64,000 bases of DNA from Naegleria gruberi (lineage: Eukaryota). A program made the translations under genes and the position numbers. The stretch lies in the NCBI GenBank assembly GCA_000004985.1, contig GG738853.1; one strand, given 5' to 3'. The notes beneath the pieces are model-generated. The model was not told where the DNA came from. It ran no database searches and saw only the letters and a list, made by a program, of their open reading frames with translations. This document shows positions 54,479-64,000 of this stretch, one piece after another; the stretch's first letter is position 1, and each line of letters opens with the position of its first letter.

Positions 54479-56674
54479 ATGGCCACCACAACATCATCAT
54501 TAACTTCTCTAATTCCTCCTCCAATATTATCATCCTCTCAACAACAACAAACACAATTGACGGATGTACCTCCATCATCGCAGAGTACAACACAATTACC
54601 ACCCGATGATGATTTGGATGCTTTGGACGAATTTGATGAATTGATGGCTTTCGTCAATGCTCCTATGGATACAAATTCTGAACAATGGCGTTTATTGAAT
54701 CAAAATTCAAATGTTCCACCAGTGACAACAACAACTTCCTCTATTCCTCCTAATGATACAACAGTAAACAGTAGTGCTACTACATCAAATGTAACTGCAC
54801 CAACTACTGAAAAGAAGAAAAAGACTACAAAAAAGAAGAAGGATGAAAAGGAAACCACCACTAAAAAGAAGGAAACAAAGAAGAAGAAGGATGATAAAAA
54901 AGAGGACAAGAAGGAAGATAAAAAGGAAGAAAAGAAAGAAGAAAAGGAAAAGAAGAAGAAAAAGAAGAAGGAGGAGCCATCTACTCCAAAGGATACTGTC
55001 AAACAAGAAGAGCCTGCTGTTTCCACACCAAAAGATCCCAATCTTAAGAAACCTGATATTTCATATTCTACAATGATTGCTCATGCACTCATGTCAGCAG
55101 CTAATAACATGATGCCTCTCAAATCAATTTATTCTTGGATTTCCACAACTTATCCATTCTACGATCTTGCAGAGACTGGTTGGAAGAGTAGTGTGAGACA
55201 TAATTTGAGCACAAATTCTAAATATTTCCGAAGAGTATCACCTGAAGAATGGAGACAATTAACTGGAGAAGAGAAAAAGTCAAAATCTAAAAAACAAGGC
55301 TCCTCAGATAAGAAGATGGCATTCTCTGTCTATGCACTTGTGACTGAGCATTGTGATGAAGTTTTGGGAACAAAGAAAGCCAAATCAGACAAGAAGGCAT
55401 CCTCTTCTACTTCTTCTTTAACAACGCTTAGTAATGCTACTACAGCACCAGTTAGTTCATCATCTACATTACCTGCCAATAGTACTCTTTCTTCTTCTAC
55501 TAATGCAACCACTGACCAAACAGCAATAACCTCAGAAGTGAAAGAAGTTAAGGAAAAAGAAACCAAGAAGAAGAAATCATCCACCAGTAGTGCAACAAAG
55601 AAGAGAAGTAGAAAAAAGTCCGAATCTACAGACTTGGATTTAAATGATGGCTTGTTGAACTTTGATGAAATTGCACCATCAATGAGTTTGGATAAACCAG
55701 AAAAGAAAAAGAAGAAGAAGACTTCTAAAAAATCAGAAACTCCTACAGCTAGTACAACTCCAGCTGCTGAATCTTCAACACCTGTGACTCAAACCAATAA
55801 CAACAATAATACCAATGTAACTACTCCCCAATTGTCACATTCCAGTTCCAATCAAAACTTCCAACACAGTACTCCAACTAATCAAATTTCTATCACCCAA
55901 AATATTATGCCAAATACATCTCAACCATTGGCTCCAAAACAACCATTCCCTTTGTCAAATCAAATTCCTAATCAAATTCCACCAAACCAAATGCCAAATC
56001 AAATGCCAAACCAAATGCCAAATCAGATGCCAAATCAAATACCTAATCAAATCCCTCGTCAAAGTACTAATAACTTGTTGGAAATGTTTGTTCAGAATGG
56101 AATGCTAAATGCCCAAGAACCTTCTTTTCTTAAAATTTTATTGGATGGAAATGGAGATTCATCAGCCAACAATCCATTATCAGCGCTCATGGGTCAAGGA
56201 GGTCAGAATATGAATCCAAACCAAGGACTCAATACAGCACCACTTGGTAATATGGTTGATTCACAGGGAAAGCAAATTGACCTTATTAATTTACTTTCAA
56301 TGGTAACTGGAATGCCTCAACAACAAAACATGTCTCAATCTGGTATGTCTCAACCACCAATGCACCAAAACTTTTTAGATCCAAATAACAGACTTGTTAC
56401 ACAAGGAAGACCTCCTAATTGGCCACCTGGTGCAGGCTTACCAAATCAACTTCAAGGAGGAAGGCCTTCTATGGGATCAGTTGTTGGTATGCAAAATCCT
56501 GGTCAATTCCCTGTACAAAATCCAAATATGAATCCATTAGGTCATCCAGGATTTAATCAATTCCCATTTCCCATGATGAACTACTCTCAAACACTTCTCA
56601 ACTTTGATCCATCATCAATACTGCAGCAACAAGGTAATGGTGGTATTCCTCCCAATAATAACAATAATAAATAG
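54479..56674 (+). CDS. forkhead (FOX) DNA-binding-domain transcription factor with K/E-rich and Q/N/P-rich low-complexity regions
   Basis: Forkhead domain KPDISYSTMIAHALMSAANNMMPLKSIYSWISTTYPFYDLAETGWKSSVRHNLSTNSKYFRRV. The same frame is open upstream to 54377. Confidence 0.7.
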   Translation: MATTTSSLTSLIPPPILSSSQQQQTQLTDVPPSSQSTTQLPPDDDLDALDEFDELMAFVNAPMDTNSEQWRLLNQNSNVPPVTTTTSSIPPNDTTVNSSATTSNVTAPTTEKKKKTTKKKKDEKETTTKKKETKKKKDDKKEDKKEDKKEEKKEEKEKKKKKKKEEPSTPKDTVKQEEPAVSTPKDPNLKKPDISYSTMIAHALMSAANNMMPLKSIYSWISTTYPFYDLAETGWKSSVRHNLSTNSKYFRRVSPEEWRQLTGEEKKSKSKKQGSSDKKMAFSVYALVTEHCDEVLGTKKAKSDKKASSSTSSLTTLSNATTAPVSSSSTLPANSTLSSSTNATTDQTAITSEVKEVKEKETKKKKSSTSSATKKRSRKKSESTDLDLNDGLLNFDEIAPSMSLDKPEKKKKKKTSKKSETPTASTTPAAESSTPVTQTNNNNNTNVTTPQLSHSSSNQNFQHSTPTNQISITQNIMPNTSQPLAPKQPFPLSNQIPNQIPPNQMPNQMPNQMPNQMPNQIPNQIPRQSTNNLLEMFVQNGMLNAQEPSFLKILLDGNGDSSANNPLSALMGQGGQNMNPNQGLNTAPLGNMVDSQGKQIDLINLLSMVTGMPQQQNMSQSGMSQPPMHQNFLDPNNRLVTQGRPPNWPPGAGLPNQLQGGRPSMGSVVGMQNPGQFPVQNPNMNPLGHPGFNQFPFPMMNYSQTLLNFDPSSILQQQGNGGIPPNNNNNK

Positions 56675-56867
56675 TATGCCACTATTTTGACTTCCACTTG
56701 AAAATCAAAGATGTAGATTTGCAATTTGATTTTGGAATCAAATTAGAAGTAACAAAGAACACAACGTGCTTTTCAATCTTTTTTAATTTTTAAAAATTAA
56801 TTAAAAAATTGCTCCAACAACAAATCTTCGTCGCTACTAGCCTACTTTTAGTGTTTTGAATATTAAA

Positions 56868-58017
56868 ATGAGCAACAATAGCAACAATAATTCAGATGAT
56901 GCTTCAATCAGGAAGCAACTGTGGGAAGGTTCAATACCAAGTGTAATCAACATTAAATCTGAACACATAACGTCTTTTCAACAGCCTTTCCCATATTTTG
57001 TAAGTGTTTTCATTCCGATCATTAATTGTTTGGGGCAATAATTATCTAGACAATGATTCCTAGACATTCATATTTATCTTTACTGATCGATAAAGTCAAA
57101 TCGCATTATTCTGAATTTTCAGGATTTGATAGTGATCAATTATGGTTTAGTTTCAATACTATTGCTATGCAATGGCACGTACCAGCTGGAGTTTTATATG
57201 ATTTGATGTATATCTTGGATCCGAATAGTATGTATTTGATTGGAAATAATAATAACAATAATTATATAACTAATAATTTGATGATGGTGAAATTATAATA
57301 TTTAAATAATATAACAACAATGATATGTTGTGCATTTACTAAATGTTGATTGATCAAATTATATTAATATAATTTTAATAATATTTAACAAAACATGAAA
57401 ACTAAATAGCACTTAAATTACCTTGGTCATTAACAGCAAATTTTGGAGCTTTTCCAGCAGATACTGTCATTCGTTGTAGTAATGAAGAGGATGCTCAGTG
57501 GAATTATCTCAACAATATTAAAGAGTGCATGTATATTCGTTTCAACTCTACATCAGCCATGATGACTTTTAGTAATGAGGATCAAAAGGAATTATGGTCA
57601 GCTGTAAAGAGTCAAAACGAACAAGTATTTTGCAAACTTTTCGAAAAGATTAAACTTGGAGCTAAAATTGCTTCCATTGATGATATGGTTTATGCCATTA
57701 GAATTTACACACCACTCAAAAAGGATTCTAATAGCTCTGTAAATTTAACAGATGATTCAAAGAAGAAGGATGTATTAAAATATAAGAAGAATATGATATG
57801 TTTAAAGAGAGACCAAGCTAAACAACTTGATTTACAAACATTCTTAAACAATCATGTTATTCCTCAATTAACCAAAGGTGGATATTTTGGAGATTGTGAA
57901 ACCAAGATTGACCGAGTTGTCATTCAAGGTGTCGAACCTTCCAAGGAAACTGAAATGTTATGGCTCTTTGAAAATTGTGCTCATCCAGATGGTTTCTTAT
58001 ACATGTGTTGTAAATAA
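56868..58017 (+). CDS. ATG5: autophagy protein ATG5, 3 exons (56868-56999, 57050-57227, 57410-58017)
   Basis: Spliced product aligns with ATG5 along its length: KQLWEGSIP, PRHSYLSLLIDKVK, WHVPAGVLYDL, LPWSLTANFGAFP, QKELW, VVIQGVEPSKETEMLW. Introns GTAAGT...AG are 50 nt and GTATGT...AG 182 nt. Confidence 0.8.
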
Positions 58018-58338
58018 AAATGTAACAATTATTTTGTAAAAACTATTTTCCATATACAGCAACATACCCAAATATTTAATTTCAAAAATTTCTAAAATTT
58101 AAAATGATAAGCAAAATCCAAAGGTCGCTCCTTTAGATCATCATTACAACCCAATTTTTGAGTCAAAAATTATATCACACCTTTGCATCTTTGCATCTTT
58201 CTAATTGAAAAAAACAATCCAACCACCACCGACACAGTTGTGTGTGAACCATTCATCATTTTAGCATTATCTGGACATCGAATTGATAACTTTCAATTTT
58301 CATCATCCACAGTTTTACAACAATAAGAAGAAAAAAAA

Positions 58339-60660
58339 ATGTCAACATCCTTGTTATTGTTGGTGGATCAATTGACAACATTTTACGGAAAGAAACTTTT
58401 AAACGATCATTATGCTCTCACCTATTTAGATAATAATTACTATTCATTGGCTTTCATTGGAGTCATGTTATGTTTGGTGTGGGGAGTTTTAATTACTGCG
58501 CCAATTCATATCATTTCTTGGGTTTTGTATTTTGTGGGTGCTAGGAAATCATCATCATTAAATTCATCATCTTTTGGAATTGATGATGATGATGAGGAGG
58601 ATGTTGTTGGAAGTTCTGGTTTTGGTGGTCAGAAACAACCTTCCCTAAAGAAACAAATTGAAAAGAGTAGAAAATTCGGAAAGGTTTTTAATGTCTTGAC
58701 AAGTGTTTCATCATTTGTTTGGTGTTTGTTTGCTTCTTACTTTTTGGTGCTTGTTTCTACATTTTCTAGAGCTCATTATATTTTGACAGCTTTGGTGATT
58801 ACTATTATGTGGTCTGTTTGGTTGATTAATAGTTTTGTTTTGGATTTAAAGTGGATTATTGTTATGATTTATTATAGACTTGTCAAGAAGGTTGATTTGA
58901 CAAGTGTCAGCACATCATCTAGTCAAATGATTCAAGAATCACAAGAATTGGCTGATGATGGTGAAGCACTTTTGGAAGATAACTCTTCTGGTTTACAAAG
59001 AAGACCACAATCTTCATCAAAATTAGATCCAAAGAAAGCAGTTACTGTTACTCGTTCCTTGCTTTTGGATTCATCAAAACCATACATTTCTAGAAAGCCA
59101 ATTCTTGCTGTCATTTTGATTGTTATTGCTACTACAATTATTCTCATTGTTTCTGTCATGACAACTTTCATCTTTGCTGATATTTGTATTGCCTATGATC
59201 CTATTGAAATTTCTACACATTTCACTCGTACTGTCTTGTCAAATGGCAAGTGTGAAAGAGATACTGTCTGTTATTCTTATTTGACAGTTCCAGAAAAGAT
59301 GGATCATCAAATGATTGTCAATTTCCAACTCTATACTTATGAATTCTATAAGGGCTTTGTTGAATATAAGAGATTCGATCCAGCTGATGAAGATTTTGAT
59401 CCAAAAGATGTTGAATTCAATGAATATCATCAAGCCAGTTGCTTTAAATTGGATAATATTGAAGAAGAAAGCAGATATCAATGTTTTGCTGAATTGACTG
59501 ATTTGAAACCTGGTTCTTCTTATATTCTTCGTGCTGGTTATTCTGCATCTGAAAGTACTGATGCTCATGATTTCCACTACGATAATGAATATCTCAAATT
59601 TAGAACAATTCCATCAGAGGATGATTCCTCCAAGATTGTTTCATTCATTAATGGAGGTGATTTGGCATGGAGAGGACCAACCTATGCTCTCTCCAAAGCT
59701 GTCAATACTTTGGGATATGGAAATGTAGATAATGCTCCATATTTCGCTATTGTTGGTGGTGATATTGCCTATGAAAATGGATGTGCCTACTGTTATAGAA
59801 GATGGGACGATTGGTTCTTGAATTGGAATAAGTTTATGAAGACAACTGTTCAATACGATTCTGATAATTCTACCATTCATCAATATACACTTCCAATTTT
59901 GACAACTGTTGGTAATCATGAAGGTGGTAATTTCAAGAGACCTAGATCAGATGATGCATTCTATATTAGATTATTCCCAATGTCAATTAGTGGAGCAACT
60001 GAAAAGATTGTTTCTGATCCACAAACTACAAGAAAATTGCAACACGTCCACTATCTCTCCAAGCATACCATGATTGTTGCATTGGACAGTTGGGTTCACG
60101 AATCTCCACAAGACCAAATTGAATACTTGACCAATCTCTTTGAAAAATCAGTCACTGCAGGAACCTACAAGAATCGTTTCATTATTATTCACCATCCAAT
60201 GTATACTTCAGGTAGTGTTGGAGACATTGATAAGGAAATGATTGCCAAATGGGAATCCCTCTTCCAAAAGTATGGTATTACAGCAGTTTTTGAAAATCAC
60301 GTTCATACCTACAAGCAAACTTATCCAATTCGTGATGGTAAGGTTGTAACAAAGACCAGTGAACAAACTGATTCAACATCTGTTGCATTCAGTTACAAGA
60401 GAGAATCTGCTGACAATAGCAAGGACGGAATTATGTATTTCGGAGATGGAAGTTGGGGAGTTACCTATTGGAATGCTTCCTTGAGAAAGAGCAGTGGACT
60501 CTTCAGACAAATTGGAGTTTTGAGTCATGTCTATCATGTCAAATGTAGATCATTATCGAATGCTATTTCATTCACTGAATTGTATGCTCTTGGATATAAT
60601 TCTACAACTGGAGCTGTTTCTGAATTTGGTAAATCTCGTGTCAGAATTGAAGTTCACTAA
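58339..60660 (+). CDS. membrane-anchored purple-acid-phosphatase-like metallophosphoesterase
   Basis: 773-aa single-exon ORF. About 4 N-terminal TM helices, then an Fn3-like segment. Metallophosphatase motifs GGDLAW, GGDIAYENG, GNHEGG, IIIHHPMY and ENHVHTY. Confidence 0.65.
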   Translation: MSTSLLLLVDQLTTFYGKKLLNDHYALTYLDNNYYSLAFIGVMLCLVWGVLITAPIHIISWVLYFVGARKSSSLNSSSFGIDDDDEEDVVGSSGFGGQKQPSLKKQIEKSRKFGKVFNVLTSVSSFVWCLFASYFLVLVSTFSRAHYILTALVITIMWSVWLINSFVLDLKWIIVMIYYRLVKKVDLTSVSTSSSQMIQESQELADDGEALLEDNSSGLQRRPQSSSKLDPKKAVTVTRSLLLDSSKPYISRKPILAVILIVIATTIILIVSVMTTFIFADICIAYDPIEISTHFTRTVLSNGKCERDTVCYSYLTVPEKMDHQMIVNFQLYTYEFYKGFVEYKRFDPADEDFDPKDVEFNEYHQASCFKLDNIEEESRYQCFAELTDLKPGSSYILRAGYSASESTDAHDFHYDNEYLKFRTIPSEDDSSKIVSFINGGDLAWRGPTYALSKAVNTLGYGNVDNAPYFAIVGGDIAYENGCAYCYRRWDDWFLNWNKFMKTTVQYDSDNSTIHQYTLPILTTVGNHEGGNFKRPRSDDAFYIRLFPMSISGATEKIVSDPQTTRKLQHVHYLSKHTMIVALDSWVHESPQDQIEYLTNLFEKSVTAGTYKNRFIIIHHPMYTSGSVGDIDKEMIAKWESLFQKYGITAVFENHVHTYKQTYPIRDGKVVTKTSEQTDSTSVAFSYKRESADNSKDGIMYFGDGSWGVTYWNASLRKSSGLFRQIGVLSHVYHVKCRSLSNAISFTELYALGYNSTTGAVSEFGKSRVRIEVH

Positions 60661-60877
60661 ACATAATCTGAATTGTACATATTATTTAATTATACAATTA
60701 TTATTAATTAATACAATTAATACACACATTATTTATTAGAATTGTTTCACATTGGATATTTTTGTAAATTGGATAAATTTGGTAATTGGAAAATTTTTAA
60801 TTTTTGGAAAATTACTCGATTAAATAATTCACTCTGGAAGAATCTGATTCGTTTCCATCTCTTTCCAATATTAAAAA

Positions 60878-61363
60878 ATGTTATCAAGATCTTCATTAAT
60901 CCATCAAATTAAACCTTTCAACAAGTTTCGTTTCTTCTCTTTGAAACTAAATCAAACTCTTCAACAAGACGAAGTTGATTCTCCACTCAAAAAACCAGGT
61001 TCAACTAATGCTAGACCTGCTGGGGATGCTCTCAAATATGGAAATGTTCATACCTTCTCAGATACGAATGATAAACCGAATCCTCCCGAAAACAAAGCAG
61101 ATCCAAAAATTTCATTCTTTCATGTGGATGGAAAGGAGAAAACTCGAGATCAAGTTAAGGCTCAACAAGTAAACGAGTTTCCATTCGAAAAAGAACATCT
61201 TTCTGTGAATCCTTTCGAAGAAGAAAGAAAACTAATTCATGAAATTGAAGAAGGAGCAGATGAAGGCGTTATTGAGGGAAAGACAAAAGGAGAAAAGCAA
61301 ACTCTTGGACAACACTTGGAACAGAAAGGTTATCATCCAAAAGATTCACCTTGGGCTGAATAA
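60878..61363 (+). CDS. small hypothetical protein with mitochondrial-presequence-like N-terminus
   Basis: 161-aa ORF. The N-terminus MLSRSSLIHQIKPFNKFRFF is basic and amphipathic. Lys/Glu-rich remainder. Confidence 0.4.
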   Translation: MLSRSSLIHQIKPFNKFRFFSLKLNQTLQQDEVDSPLKKPGSTNARPAGDALKYGNVHTFSDTNDKPNPPENKADPKISFFHVDGKEKTRDQVKAQQVNEFPFEKEHLSVNPFEEERKLIHEIEEGADEGVIEGKTKGEKQTLGQHLEQKGYHPKDSPWAE

Positions 61364-61413
61364 ACTTGCACACCTTCGTCTACATTCTCAATAACATTAT
61401 TTTACTTTCTTCT

Positions 61414-62352
61414 TTACAAAATTGAATAAATAATCAAAATACAAATCAACAATCCATAACTCAACACTCCAATCGATTCAACTCCACTAGTAGCTGGCAT
61501 TTTCTTTGTAAAAATCGAAACTGGCAATGGATCACCAAAAACTTTCATATAACAATTCACACATTCCTTATGATCATTCATCCAACTGTACACATCAATA
61601 GCATCGAATAGAATAGCATGTACTTGTTTAGTTTCTGCAAATGAAAACATTGCATTCATTGTAGAGCCAGGATATTTCTGGACTAAAGATAAACTGTTGT
61701 TCATGACTTGATCGAATAAAGTTCCTTTCCACCAAGCAACTTTGACATCTGCTCTGTTGAGTTGATCTAAAGTGGTAATTCCAGTTATGGTTGTGTTATC
61801 GAGGTCAGTTCTCATGAATGTGAAATAGGTAGTTCCATAAGAGCATGTAGTAAACGAAACTTGTTCACTTCTGGCAGTTGACAAGGCAGTATCAGAAACT
61901 ACAATATCACATGCACCAGAATTAATCCCACCCAACAAGGAAGGAAAATATCCACTGGTTGTATTAATCGAAAGATATTCGATTCCTAACGAAAGTGAAT
62001 ACTTCTTATTTAGATTAGCAACTAAACCCTTTGCAACCAATTTATAAACAGTCAACCACAAATTAGTTGAACTTGTTTGAAGCTCTGAACAAATCGTTAA
62101 TTTCGTGATATTAGAAGGTAAAGGATTTTTCGTTGGATAATTTGCAGTTTCTTTACAATATGGAACGACGAAAGGAACACCCAATGATGTAACTTGTTTC
62201 TGGAAGGTTGTATCTTGTGCTAATTCTGTCATGGCTGCGTCTACTGCGCTAGTCCAAGCAGCAGAAGCAACTGATGGGTCTGAAGTGACAACTGTCAGGT
62301 GGCAGATAATACAAATGACAAGGAAAATGAGGGTTGATTTGAGTTCTGGCAT
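61414..62352 (-). CDS. secreted/GPI-type protein with a bacterial periplasmic solute-binding-protein family-3 (SBP_bac_3 / iGluR ligand-binding-like) domain
   Basis: Start taken at M25 (62352), which gives signal peptide MPELKSTLIFLVICIICHLTVV. Core GACDIVVSDTALSTARSEQVSFTTCSYGTTYFTFMR resembles the amino-acid-binding PBP fold. C-terminal hydrophobic tail. Confidence 0.5.
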   Translation of the reverse strand: MPELKSTLIFLVICIICHLTVVTSDPSVASAAWTSAVDAAMTELAQDTTFQKQVTSLGVPFVVPYCKETANYPTKNPLPSNITKLTICSELQTSSTNLWLTVYKLVAKGLVANLNKKYSLSLGIEYLSINTTSGYFPSLLGGINSGACDIVVSDTALSTARSEQVSFTTCSYGTTYFTFMRTDLDNTTITGITTLDQLNRADVKVAWWKGTLFDQVMNNSLSLVQKYPGSTMNAMFSFAETKQVHAILFDAIDVYSWMNDHKECVNCYMKVFGDPLPVSIFTKKMPATSGVESIGVLSYGLLICILIIYSIL

Positions 62353-63037
62353 TTTTTTTTGTATGGTGTTTATTTTTGGTGATACCATGAAGTGAATTAT
62401 TTCAACTCTATTCATCCCTGTCAAACATCAAAATTTAGAAATAGAAAAGCAGGTCTATCAATGGTACTGATTAACAAACACAATTACCAATATCTTTCCA
62501 TATTTTATACAAATCTCTTGTCCTTTCCTTGAAATCTGAAATAAGAATGTGTTATTGTGGGTCGAGTGGCCTTTGTTCGTTTATTCGAAACTTACCTATA
62601 CCTGCATTTCAAGAACTGTCTTTCCACTAATGTCAAGATGCAATCTCTCTTGATTGTGTTAAGTCTATTGTATATCGAAGAGATCAACAGTTTCTAATAA
62701 TTTCAATTAGGAAATAAGGATAATAGCTGCCATGAAATTCTAATTATTCTAAATGCACTATTAGCATGAAATATACGGCGAAATCTTTTTGTCATCATTC
62801 AATTTAAGTGAGAACTCATTCGAGTTTACAAACTTTTACAACTTTGTTTTTTACAATTTTCTTGTTGATGAAAAAAGAAAAACCAAAACTTTATTTCAAT
62901 ATCATTGTGAGTTTGAATTTTGAATGAAACTCTGGAAACTCTATAATATCTTTCAAGCCAAAACACATAATAATGAACAACTTTAGATAATAATAAATAT
63001 GTGGTGTGATAATTTTATATTAATACACACGCACATA

Positions 63038-63868
63038 TTAAACTTGCATGATGGGAGGAGTAGACGAATCTTCCATTGTTGATTTTAATTCTTTTGAATC
63101 CAAATTCGAATCAGAAACATTCAATTCAGAAATTTGATTTTCCAATTCCTTAATTGCATTAGTTTGTTCCTTCATACAGCTTTCTAATTGCAAGAGTTGA
63201 TGCTTTGATTGAGTTAATTCATTGATTAGTCTAGTTTCCTTCTCAACATAAACTTTCTGAAATTCGAATTGTTCCAAATCCAATATGTTTTTCAATTCTT
63301 CCACTTGTTTTCTGTATTGTTCCAACTCTAAATCCTGAACTAGCTCTTCTGTCTGAATGTCAATATTTTTTCTTGACACTTCTCTTGATCGAATAAAATT
63401 CAATAAACCAAAGAAGAGTTTCTTCTGAATTCTAATAGTCTTGTTCAATTCTTCTTGTTTCACTCTAAATTCAACAGTATTTTGTTTCATCTTACTTTCC
63501 ACATTCGAAACTAAATTTTGCATATCACTGTACATTTTCGTACTTTCTCTTTCCATTCTATTCTTCAAATCTTCCTTCTCATCCATCAATTCTTTAATCT
63601 TTTCGTTTAATTCGTCCACTTTCTCGTTATACTTTTTAAGGAAGGCATCACGACACTTAATTTGTACAGATGCGCATTTCTCTTCGAATTCCTTCATGCA
63701 CAATTCTATTTTTTCAGTCTTTTCTTGATCCATCTTTTCGTAATGTTTCTTCATCATTCGTTCTCTTTCTTTAAACTCCCTTCTTGTGTTGGCATACTTG
63801 TGCATGATATCTTCTACTTGACGTTTCACATAGTCCATTCTCACATAGACAATTCCACCTACTACCAT
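63038..63868 (-). CDS. coiled-coil protein (may continue beyond the listed start)
   Basis: 276-aa ORF dominated by E/K/L heptads. Upstream exons cannot be excluded. Confidence 0.4.
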   Translation of the reverse strand: MVVGGIVYVRMDYVKRQVEDIMHKYANTRREFKERERMMKKHYEKMDQEKTEKIELCMKEFEEKCASVQIKCRDAFLKKYNEKVDELNEKIKELMDEKEDLKNRMERESTKMYSDMQNLVSNVESKMKQNTVEFRVKQEELNKTIRIQKKLFFGLLNFIRSREVSRKNIDIQTEELVQDLELEQYRKQVEELKNILDLEQFEFQKVYVEKETRLINELTQSKHQLLQLESCMKEQTNAIKELENQISELNVSDSNLDSKELKSTMEDSSTPPIMQV

Positions 63869-64000
63869 TGTATATTTCGAATCATCCCATTGTTGTGTAT
63901 TTGCCTCTAATTGACTAGTTGGTGATGGAATTAATTGTTGTGAATCTTGAACTGTTGCAAGGAATGAACTAATTTTGGAGGTGGATGATAATGGAGAAAT

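Noticed and set aside
54700-55076. Antisense and overlapping ORFs (113 aa, 73 aa, 77 aa) inside the K/E-rich region of the forkhead gene
   Set aside because: These are artefacts of the low-complexity AAG/GAA repeat, which is open in several frames. There is no independent coding signal.

Overview
This 64-kb window is eukaryotic nuclear DNA: AT-rich and gene-dense (about 40 protein-coding genes on both strands) under the standard genetic code. Genes are intron-poor. The few spliceosomal introns are short (about 40-180 nt, almost all GTAAGT...AG), and long single-exon ORFs of 700-1800 aa are common. Seven tRNA genes with Pol III T-run terminators are present, and two of them carry 17-nt introns. 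No CRISPR array, rRNA, prokaryotic operon structure or recognisable transposon ORF was found. The gene content is consistent with an AT-rich amoebozoan (dictyostelid-like) protist or an early-diverging fungus, but I cannot assign the organism from sequence alone. Supporting gene content includes arrestin-domain, C2-domain and PH-domain proteins, a 7TM-RGS receptor, ATG5, dihydrolipoamide dehydrogenase, FHA and forkhead proteins, a PARP-like protein and a purple-acid-phosphatase-like protein. Most of these proteins also carry low-complexity N/Q/S/K tracts.

The standout feature is an intronless 5.4-kb single-module non-ribosomal peptide synthetase (NRPS) gene at 22591-28020. Its domain order is FAAL-ACP-C-A-PCP (fatty-acyl-AMP-ligase starter, carrier domain, condensation, adenylation, carrier domain), with no release domain. 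It is bracketed by two ~285-bp inverted repeats, each carrying a tRNA-Thr(UGU, with intron) and tRNA-Asn(GUU) gene pair. An FLVCR-like MFS (major facilitator superfamily) transporter gene lies immediately upstream. Together these look like a compact lipo-amino-acid or lipopeptide biosynthetic island that may have been horizontally acquired.

Other notable items: a secreted gene with a cathelicidin-like precursor layout (signal peptide, acidic pro-piece, cationic Gly/Arg-rich peptide) fused to a 5-exon repeat protein whose introns all split a Gly codon in phase 1; a SHOCT-domain protein; a GPI-type bacterial periplasmic-binding-protein-like (SBP_bac_3) protein; adjacent FHA and forkhead ORFs that may be one split gene; a C2-domain paralog cluster with a conserved 29-nt micro-exon; and a convergent tRNA-Val pair with compensatory stem changes. 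Coordinates of splice junctions were derived by hand and may be off by 1-2 nt.
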